Below, in pieces: positions 48,606-56,231 of a stretch of DNA of 64,000 nucleotides; the first letter of the stretch is position 1, and each line of letters opens with the position of its first letter. Source of the DNA: Oligoflexales bacterium (GTDB taxonomy: Bacteria > Bdellovibrionota_B > Oligoflexia > Oligoflexales > RGVZ01); contig CANFEB010000005.1 of the NCBI GenBank assembly GCA_947445775.1, positions 36,066-100,065 of the forward strand, read 5' to 3'. The notes under the pieces are model-generated. The model was given only the letters and a program-made list of their open reading frames with translations. It did no database searches and was not told where the DNA came from. The translations under genes and the position numbers were made by a program.

Positions 48606-49085
48606 ATGCCGAAGTCCTGGTGGGATGCAGTGCGTGAAATAGCCTCTTTAGTCGTTCGTGATGGCCTCCATCAAGCCGACGAGGGTGTGATGCGCCGGGC
48701 TTTGCTGTCTTCTGGCTTTGAGGAAGAAGCCATCATTAAGGCGTTTGACTGGATTGATCATGCTGAGCGGTCCGGTAATGTTCTCGAAGCTCTGGTGATG
48801 TTGGCTCCGCGACCGGAGGGCATTCGTGTGGCCCATCCGATGGAGCGTATGTTTGTTTCCGATCGCCTTTGGAATGAAATTGGTCGTGCCCGTCAGCGCG
48901 AAGTGATGAATACCGATCTTGCCGAAAGGGTGCTTGAGGGAATTCGCGCCCTCGATACGCGTGATTGGGAAGACAATGAAGTTCGTTCTTTCATTGCAGA
49001 CTTGATGGCCGATGCGACTGTTTCTGGTGACGCAAGCCGCGCCGAGCAAATCCTGAAGGATCAACTTCCGGAATTTTATTCGTAG
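48606..49085 (+). CDS. Smg/DUF494-family protein
   Basis: L.SSGFEEEAI.KAFDW, RVAHPME; between dprA and topA. Confidence 0.75.
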   Translation: MPKSWWDAVREIASLVVRDGLHQADEGVMRRALLSSGFEEEAIIKAFDWIDHAERSGNVLEALVMLAPRPEGIRVAHPMERMFVSDRLWNEIGRARQREVMNTDLAERVLEGIRALDTRDWEDNEVRSFIADLMADATVSGDASRAEQILKDQLPEFYS

Positions 49086-49253
49086 ATTTATTGACTGTAA
49101 GTACTTGTTTTTATTTAAAAAATTTCATTGTAGCTTGCTGCTTCTGGTAGCAAGCTGTTACTGATCCGAAGGTGCGTTCATTTATAATAAATGGGCGATT
49201 TCGCTTTTTTTCACAAAAAATCAAAGCCAATCGCCATTTTCTGGGATCTCCTT

Positions 49254-51569
49254 GTGGCAAAATTTCTGGTTGTTGTTGAGTCTCCCACCAAGGTCAAAGC
49301 ACTTAAAAAATACCTCGGCAAGGATTACGAAGTTCTGGCTTCCAAGGGGCACGTCAAGGATTTGCCCGCGAGTTCTCTGGGCGTTGACGTGGACAAGGGG
49401 TTTGAGCCCCAGTACGTAACGATTCCCGGCAAAGAAAAGATTCTCAAAGACATCACCTCTGCAGCGCAACTTGCTGACACCGTATACCTCGCGCCTGACC
49501 CGGACCGCGAAGGGGAAGCCATTGCCTGGCACATCGCCAGTGAATTGAAGAAGCCAAAGGACAAAATCCGGCGGGTATTAATCCACGAGATCACGAAAAA
49601 GGGGGTGCAAGACGCCCTTTCCAGTCCTCTTGATCTTGATTTGAAGAAATTTGAATCGCAGCAAGCACGCCGCATCCTCGACCGTTTAGTCGGTTACCAG
49701 ATTAGTCCTATTCTCTGGAAAAAAGTGAAGCGCGGATTGTCGGCCGGACGCGTGCAGAGTGTCGCTGTGCGCTTGATTTGTGAGCGTGAGCAGGAAGTTC
49801 GCAAATTTAATCCGGAAGAATACTGGAGCATCGAGTCCAAACTTGACGCTGATTCGCCGCCGCAGATTGTAGCGCGCCTTGCTGCTGTGGATGGCCGTAA
49901 GATCGGCAAAGATTTTGAGATTCGCAATGGCGAAGATGCTGAGGTTATTAAAAAGCGCCTCAAGTCTGCCCCGGTCGTGGTCAAGTCGGTGCAACGCAAG
50001 GAGCGTAAACGCAATCCAGTCCCGCCGTTCACCACATCTAAATTGCAGCAGGAAGCATTCCGTAAGGTTGGTTTTAATGTGAAACGGACGATGTCTGTGG
50101 CGCAAAGCCTATATGAGGGTGTCGAGATCGGTGGTGATGGCCCCGTTGGTTTGATCACCTACATGCGTACCGATTCAACCCGGGTTTCCGATGAAGCGCT
50201 GACGAACGTCCGCGAGCACATCAGCAAGCGATATGGCCCGGAGTTTTTGCCCGATAGTCCAATCATCTACAAAACCAAGAAGTCGGCCCAAGATGCCCAT
50301 GAGGCCATCCGTCCGACCATGCTGGAATATCCGCCGGAAACCCTAGTCAGTCACCTGTCTAAGGAACAATTGGGACTATATCGCTTAATCTGGAACCGCT
50401 TCGTGGCCAGCCAGATGAAACCCGCAATATTTGATCAAATGAGTGTCGAGTTTTCTGCCGATGCGGAAAAGTTGTTGCTGCGCGCGAGCGGCAGCCGGAT
50501 CCTCTTTAAGGGGTTTCTTGAGGTCTACGAAGAAGGCCGCGATGAAACCGCTAAACGTAAGGATGCCGTTGACTCTGGCGAGGATGAAGAAGAAATGGCC
50601 CAGGGCGGTATTTTGCCACCTCTCCAAGAAGGCAAGCCCATAAAACTGCTGGACGTGGTCACTGAGCAGCACTTCACTCAGCCGCCGCCACGTTTTAATG
50701 AATCATCCATGGTCAAGGAACTCGACGAACAGGCAATTGGTCGGCCTTCGACCTATGCAACCATTTTGTCGACCATTGTGGACCGTGGATATGTCCGCAA
50801 AATTGATAACCGGACCTACGAGCCGACGATACTTGGCGAAAAGGTCAACGAGCTGCTTGTCGAGGCATTTCCCGACATCGTCAGCGTTCAGTTTACGGCC
50901 AGCATGGAAGACGGGCTCGACAAGGTCGAAGAGGGCGGAGTCGAGTGGCGGCGTTTGCTTGCCGATTTTTACGAGAAATTTTCTGCCAAGTTGAAAACGG
51001 CCGAAACGGGGATGCGCAACGTTAAGGGACAATCTGAGCCAACGGATATCAAATGCAATCGCTGTGAAACCGGGATCATGCACATCAAGTGGTCGTCCCG
51101 CGGCGAATTCCTAGGCTGCTCCGGTTATCCCAAGTGTCGGGGCACCAGTGAGTTCACTCGCCTCAGTGACGGAAAAATTCAGCTGATCCAGCCAAAAGTC
51201 ACTGGCGATAAGTGCTCAAAGTGCGGCAAAGATATGATCGCTAAGACGGGCCGTTTCGGTGATTACATCGCCTGCATCGATTACCCGACGTGCCCAACGG
51301 TGAAGAGTCCGCCCCCGGAAGTGGATTGCCCTCAGGAAAGTTGCAGCGGTGGCCTTGTTGGCCGTAAGACCCGCATTGGCAAGATGTTCTGGGGATGCAT
51401 CAACTATCCGTCTTGCAGCTACGCGGTTTGGGACAAGCCGGTGGCAGTCAAGTGTGAAGGTTGCTCCTTTCCGATCATGACGCTGAAATCCACCAAGCGC
51501 GATGGCAACCGTTACGTTTGCCCTTCGTGTAAGAACGCGGTGGAAGCTCCAGAATCTCCAGAAGCCTGA
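49254..51569 (+). CDS. topA: DNA topoisomerase I
   Basis: VVESPTK, DPDREGE, SAGRVQS, LITYMRTDS, AHEAIRPT; C-terminal zinc ribbons. Confidence 0.97.
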   Translation: MAKFLVVVESPTKVKALKKYLGKDYEVLASKGHVKDLPASSLGVDVDKGFEPQYVTIPGKEKILKDITSAAQLADTVYLAPDPDREGEAIAWHIASELKKPKDKIRRVLIHEITKKGVQDALSSPLDLDLKKFESQQARRILDRLVGYQISPILWKKVKRGLSAGRVQSVAVRLICEREQEVRKFNPEEYWSIESKLDADSPPQIVARLAAVDGRKIGKDFEIRNGEDAEVIKKRLKSAPVVVKSVQRKERKRNPVPPFTTSKLQQEAFRKVGFNVKRTMSVAQSLYEGVEIGGDGPVGLITYMRTDSTRVSDEALTNVREHISKRYGPEFLPDSPIIYKTKKSAQDAHEAIRPTMLEYPPETLVSHLSKEQLGLYRLIWNRFVASQMKPAIFDQMSVEFSADAEKLLLRASGSRILFKGFLEVYEEGRDETAKRKDAVDSGEDEEEMAQGGILPPLQEGKPIKLLDVVTEQHFTQPPPRFNESSMVKELDEQAIGRPSTYATILSTIVDRGYVRKIDNRTYEPTILGEKVNELLVEAFPDIVSVQFTASMEDGLDKVEEGGVEWRRLLADFYEKFSAKLKTAETGMRNVKGQSEPTDIKCNRCETGIMHIKWSSRGEFLGCSGYPKCRGTSEFTRLSDGKIQLIQPKVTGDKCSKCGKDMIAKTGRFGDYIACIDYPTCPTVKSPPPEVDCPQESCSGGLVGRKTRIGKMFWGCINYPSCSYAVWDKPVAVKCEGCSFPIMTLKSTKRDGNRYVCPSCKNAVEAPESPEA

Positions 51570-51591
51570 TGCGGGCGGGGGAGAACCCGTT

Positions 51592-52521
51592 GTGCATGCT
51601 GGTGACCGATTGTTCGCAACCATCTTTGACGTTTTCGATGCAAGTCCCGCCCTTGACGAAGTTTTCTTTAATGGTGCGGACGTTGCCGCTTCCGGATCAT
51701 TTCGGGGCGAGCCCACCCTTCGGCAAAACCTGATTCCGTGCCTTGATTCATTTTTTGGATCTAGCCTGGCGGTTCTGGATTGGCTGCAGGATTTAGCCAC
51801 GGCCTGCAATTCAAGGCTCGATCCGATGTTTCCTTCTGCCGGCGGTAATGTTCCGGAGCGTGCCGCGCGTTGGCATGCCCTGTTTCCACCGCTGGTTCGC
51901 AATGGGCCGGTGTTTACGGTTAGAAGAAATAGATTTGCAAGTTTGACCCTCGATGACTTCGCCATCCCAGATGTTCTGCGAGTAGCCCTGCTGGAGCACC
52001 TGCAACGGGGAGGATCTCTGCTGGTTTCTGGTCCGACTGGATCAGGAAAATCTTCGTTTGTTGCAGCGATACTCCGGCAATTTTTTTCATCGCGGCGCAT
52101 GGTTATTATTGAAACTGTCGAAGAACTTGGAAGTCTATCTACCAATTTTCTGAATATGGTTGTGCGGCCACCTAATTTGGCGGGCGCGGGGGCCGTCACC
52201 GCCAACTGGCTATTTGAAGAGGCCTTGAGGCTTCGGCCTGATGGGATTGTGATCGGCGAGATCAGGGGGCTTGAGGCGAGTGCATTTTGCAGCGCCGTTA
52301 CCAGCGGGCACCCATCTTGTTTTTCTACCATCCATGCTGGCGATGTGGATCAGGCCCGGTGGCGCTTAGGCTGGTTGGCCGGCCTGACGGGAATAACTGA
52401 GATGGCAGCCAGGACAGAGATGGCGGGGCTTACGGGGATGGTTATTCAACTTGCAAGGGCGGAAACCCAGGCTTCTGTTCCCGCTGTAGTTGGCTTTGGG
52501 CCACTGTCGAGGTTACAATAG
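51592..52521 (+). CDS. CpaF/TadA/VirB11-like secretion ATPase (short, divergent)
   Basis: GPTGSGKS, IETVEEL, ALRLRPD.IVIGEIRG.EA, SGH..FSTIHA; SD GGAG before GTG 51592. Confidence 0.78.
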   Translation: MHAGDRLFATIFDVFDASPALDEVFFNGADVAASGSFRGEPTLRQNLIPCLDSFFGSSLAVLDWLQDLATACNSRLDPMFPSAGGNVPERAARWHALFPPLVRNGPVFTVRRNRFASLTLDDFAIPDVLRVALLEHLQRGGSLLVSGPTGSGKSSFVAAILRQFFSSRRMVIIETVEELGSLSTNFLNMVVRPPNLAGAGAVTANWLFEEALRLRPDGIVIGEIRGLEASAFCSAVTSGHPSCFSTIHAGDVDQARWRLGWLAGLTGITEMAARTEMAGLTGMVIQLARAETQASVPAVVGFGPLSRLQ

Positions 52522-52559
52522 TCGTACAGCAATTAACCAGCATCCGGAGGTTCTCGCAC

Positions 52560-53447
52560 ATGAGCCGCATGATGAAATCACCAAAAATCATATTTTTGGC
52601 ATTGATGCTGGGGACTTCTGCCTGCAGCAAATCTCCTCAGAAGAAAAAAGACGATGCCGTGAACAATTTTGGCAACGGGGCCGTGGGCGACATGGTGCAA
52701 TGTGTGAGGGCCAAGTGCGATCCGGGGCGTCCCCAGTTGTATGTGAACGGCGTGTCGACTCCGCGCCTGACGGCCGAGATCAATCAGGCGGTGAACTGGC
52801 AGATTAGCGGCCGCTCGACGATGTATCCTGGCCGTTCCTATGCAGCCCTGCGAATGGATTTCAATCCACAAATGCCGCGGCTGACCGTACGTCAGAGTAC
52901 AGGGATGCTCAGTGGGTCTGATTCAATTGCCGTTAGCGGCCAATTGACAGCTGCTGAATTGCAGGCGGGTTCAACAGCGACGGTCGTGGTCCGCGACATG
53001 ACAGCCTGCCAGGTGCTTTCGACCGGGTCAGGGAATGCCACGGGCAATTCCGTCTGCAACAATTCCTCGCAGCCGACTCAATACGACACCACGCTGACGG
53101 CGACGGTTTCAGTTTCGAACAATGCCTACAATCCAAATGGTCCGTATGCGCAGATTCCTGGTACGCCCAATAACATGACGCCCAATAACTCCATGGACAA
53201 CCTTGGGATGAGAATTGGCATTGCCGCTGTGTTGGGCGGACTCCAGGCTCTTTTCGGACAAAATAATAATGCGGCGGGAGTTCTGGGCGGTTCTGTTAAT
53301 GGGGCCATCCAAGGCTTGAATCAATCCCCGTACGCTGGCGGCACTAGCAACATGTACAACGGCAATGCCTATTATAACCAGAATGCCTATCAGCCGAACA
53401 ACAATTCTGGATACAATAACGGACCCAACAACATCCGGGGCTACTAA
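52560..53447 (+). CDS. Hypothetical lipoprotein with glycine-zipper-like segment and N/Y-rich tail
   Basis: SD GGAGG; lipobox TSAC; low-complexity C-terminus. Confidence 0.75.
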   Translation: MSRMMKSPKIIFLALMLGTSACSKSPQKKKDDAVNNFGNGAVGDMVQCVRAKCDPGRPQLYVNGVSTPRLTAEINQAVNWQISGRSTMYPGRSYAALRMDFNPQMPRLTVRQSTGMLSGSDSIAVSGQLTAAELQAGSTATVVVRDMTACQVLSTGSGNATGNSVCNNSSQPTQYDTTLTATVSVSNNAYNPNGPYAQIPGTPNNMTPNNSMDNLGMRIGIAAVLGGLQALFGQNNNAAGVLGGSVNGAIQGLNQSPYAGGTSNMYNGNAYYNQNAYQPNNNSGYNNGPNNIRGY

Positions 53448-53449
53448 AC

Positions 53450-54337
53450 ATGAAGCATACATCTGTCATTCTGGTTGCTAGTTTGTTGGGCGCAGCAAGT
53501 CTCGTCGGTTGCAAAATGACAAGCACCGATCAATCAAACAAAAAATCGATAGACGCGGTGGCCACTGGCGATCAGTCTCTGCGTTCTAACGTCGCCTGTG
53601 GGCCTGGCAGCATGGCAAACAGCAATGTGTCAGAAGCGGTTGTCCGTTCCTATGTTGCCCTGCCGCCGTTTCTTCAGATGCAGTATCCGGATCTGAATCA
53701 ATCATTTCGAATCAGCGAACAACCAGCCAAAGATTGCTTGATTTCCTTTAAGGGAATGCCGGCAGCGGGGATGTCTACGGCGGAGCAGGGGTTTATGAAG
53801 GGCGATCGCCTGGACGCGCTGAAGGCATGTTGGGTGGCTCCAGTTCCAGCGCCTGGCGAGACGCAAGAGCCACGCATTTTGATGGGAGCAACACTTCAGG
53901 ACGTCCACAATTCAATGATCGTCACCTCGTTTTATGCCTTTGCGGAATGGTATATGGACCGGGTATTTGGACCGGCAATCGCTGCGGCAGGATCAACTCA
54001 GGGCAAGGATCTTGGCACCAAGGGTGAAGACCTGATCGCTTTCGTCGCAGAATTTTCCAGCGCTCGCAAGGCCATTGCAGCTGCGGTCATTGCGGACCTT
54101 GAGAAAGCCGGCAAAGCGGATGTCATTGCCAAATATGAACAGGATTTCAGTGCTCCTGCCGCATCGCTTTCTGCGAACGTAGGCTTTCAAAATTTTGTCT
54201 CTGCCGAATTCACTGATACTTGGTATTGCAGTGTTGAAACTCACGAGTCCCTCGTTAATTCGACGGTCTTCCCCAAGACACGCGAGGCCTACGCTGGCAT
54301 GGCCAAGCTGCTTGGCAAGGCATGGTTCGAAAACTGA
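53450..54337 (+). CDS. Hypothetical lipoprotein
   Basis: Lipobox LVGC; 2 bp after the upstream stop; AEFTDTWYCS motif. Confidence 0.75.
   Translation: MKHTSVILVASLLGAASLVGCKMTSTDQSNKKSIDAVATGDQSLRSNVACGPGSMANSNVSEAVVRSYVALPPFLQMQYPDLNQSFRISEQPAKDCLISFKGMPAAGMSTAEQGFMKGDRLDALKACWVAPVPAPGETQEPRILMGATLQDVHNSMIVTSFYAFAEWYMDRVFGPAIAAAGSTQGKDLGTKGEDLIAFVAEFSSARKAIAAAVIADLEKAGKADVIAKYEQDFSAPAASLSANVGFQNFVSAEFTDTWYCSVETHESLVNSTVFPKTREAYAGMAKLLGKAWFEN
54250..54337 (+). repeat. 88-bp direct repeat, copy A (3' end of 53450-54337)
   Basis: 85/88 identical to 56093-56180. Confidence 0.95.
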
Positions 54338-54914
54338 CATTAATCAGCGACTTCGTCTCTTCAACTGATCAGCAATATCGTCCTCTTTGTGGTTTCGACC
54401 AAACGCTGGAATTCTTTAGGGGAAGTTTCTCGGCCCCCTTGGTCAGCACTTTTTTTGTGCCATCACCACCTGTTTAAATGGGCAGGCTGGCCGCCCCAGC
54501 TGCGCGCTTGCGCGCCTGTGCCATGAAACCTGTGCCGAGTTCCTGTTCGGCAGCGGCTTGATTGTGGCGACGACACCGCAAGGTCAAATTATCTTCGGTA
54601 TGATCGCCGCTGGAATTGCTGGACGAGATGGGGATTTTTTTGTTGGACTTTGATCGCCATTCCCCGGGGAAGCTAGGGCGGAGACTGCTTCTGCGGCGCC
54701 TGAAGAGCGGCTGACGAGCCCAAGGCGATAATCTTGCAGACGCCTGAGACCCACCGATTCCGGTTCTTACACCTAGGGTTCATAAAGATACCTCCCGCTG
54801 TCATTAAGGCCTCCCTTCGATCCCTAACCCAATGATTTGGATAGGAAGAGCTTAGGGGGTACGGGACGAAGTCGCTGATTAATTCAGACGGGACGATATC
54901 GCTGATGAATTACA
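54335..54914 (-). mobile_element. Degenerate IS1202/ISNCY-type transposon copy 2 (MITE-like)
   Basis: Same TIRs and subterminal repeats as 11442-12524; keeps the transposase start (LQDYRLGLVSR) and the HNH C-terminus GDHTEDNLTLRCRRHNQAAAEQELG. Confidence 0.85.
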
Positions 54915-56055
54915 GGCTCTGGGCTGCACCGCGCGCCGGGATTTGTGCCGGCAGATTCGGCGTGCCGCCGCTCCACAGGTCGCGCATGAGGAGCTGGACA
55001 CGATCTGCATAAGTCTTGCCTTCTTTTGCATAGGAAATATCAGCCGACGTCGAGGCGACTTCCTCGGCTCGCAGTTCGGGATCAGGTTCGAGAATATCGT
55101 AGCTCGCCGCTTCAAGCTGCCGCGCCAAGACCTCGACCATCCCCGGTATATGATAGGACCGTCGATCCGCTATGGGTGCCCGCATTGCCGGCTTATGAAA
55201 GTGTTCTTGATATTCGTCATGGGCGAAATGACGATCCAGAGGCATGGTGAACATGAAATCCTGAACGGCAGCCTCGTCGTTGAGACGCCGGTCGCGGACC
55301 TCTTGACTCTCTCCAGGGAAGCCGCGTTGTAAAAACTCCTTCGCCTTGATCGTCGTGATCAACGTCAAATGACAATCGGCGCAGCCTATCGGTGTATCGC
55401 CAACTTCATCGCGGTAGGTCCCTCCATTCCAGCGGCGCACCAAGCGAGCGACGTCTCCACCGGGCCTGTATACCGGATAAAAGCGGTCAAAAATGTGCAG
55501 AACGAAGCTGTCGCGAACATGACGCGCACCGACAAACGCATTGTAGTGCGTGCGAATCTCAGCCGGCATCATGATAGAGCCGTCATCGGCGACGGGGTGA
55601 ACTTCGATGACGTATGTGTCGCGGTAGTTATCGGCACCCAGTTGAGTGCGGAGGCGCTTAATCACCCGCAGAGACGGACCGATGCTGCCATCGGGGCCCT
55701 GGGCACCTTTAGCGGCGAAGCCTTCGACATGAATCTCGGTGCGATCTTCAGCGTCGGCCCGATAGAACTCCAATAGGTTCGCGGTTGTTTGACGCCAAGT
55801 TGCATTCAGATAGAGGCGTTGCGCTTCCCGAGAGTTGGCGTTCCCTGGCATCGATGGGCCATTGTCCCCCCCCCATCCAGGCATGAAAGCCCGCAGGTAT
55901 TCGCGGTCAGCGAGCGGCGCCAGTAAAGTCCATGCCGCGTCGCTGCTATCTGGTACGGGGGCGTAAGCGCGTAGCCCAGAGGACGTCGTGCGCTTGCGAC
56001 AAGCACTGAGGCACAAGACACACACGACCAATGCAATCATTTTGTTCCAACGCAC
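54910..56055 (-). CDS. Hypothetical lipoprotein with CxxCH motif (cargo of the repeat-bounded island)
   Basis: Lipobox LSAC; GCADCH; stop TAA lies inside the transposon TIR. Confidence 0.72.
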   Translation of the reverse strand: MRWNKMIALVVCVLCLSACRKRTTSSGLRAYAPVPDSSDAAWTLLAPLADREYLRAFMPGWGGDNGPSMPGNANSREAQRLYLNATWRQTTANLLEFYRADAEDRTEIHVEGFAAKGAQGPDGSIGPSLRVIKRLRTQLGADNYRDTYVIEVHPVADDGSIMMPAEIRTHYNAFVGARHVRDSFVLHIFDRFYPVYRPGGDVARLVRRWNGGTYRDEVGDTPIGCADCHLTLITTIKAKEFLQRGFPGESQEVRDRRLNDEAAVQDFMFTMPLDRHFAHDEYQEHFHKPAMRAPIADRRSYHIPGMVEVLARQLEAASYDILEPDPELRAEEVASTSADISYAKEGKTYADRVQLLMRDLWSGGTPNLPAQIPARGAAQSL

Positions 56056-56092
56056 GATTCACCCCACCTACAAGTAAGACTATGACTGCAAA

Positions 56093-56180
56093 CCTCGTTC
56101 ATTCGACGGTCTTCCCCAAGACACGCGAGGCCTATGCTGGCACGGCCAAGCTGCTTGGCAAGGCATGGTTCGAAAACTGA
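56093..56180 (+). repeat. 88-bp direct repeat, copy B
   Basis: Matches 54250-54337 with 3 substitutions. Confidence 0.95.
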
Positions 56181-56231
56181 TTCATGACGCCGGCGCGGCC
56201 CCTTCGTTAACGGTCTATATGAGCGTGAAAC

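Noticed and set aside
51216-52331. 371-aa antisense ORF, and similar shadow ORFs such as 18682-19497 and 24792-25679
   Set aside because: Overlap well-supported genes on the opposite strand and show no recognisable motifs.
54250-56180. 88-bp repeat as a diversity-generating retroelement VR/TR pair
   Set aside because: Only 3 mismatches (A/C, C/T, T/C), not adenine-specific on either strand, and no reverse transcriptase in the window.
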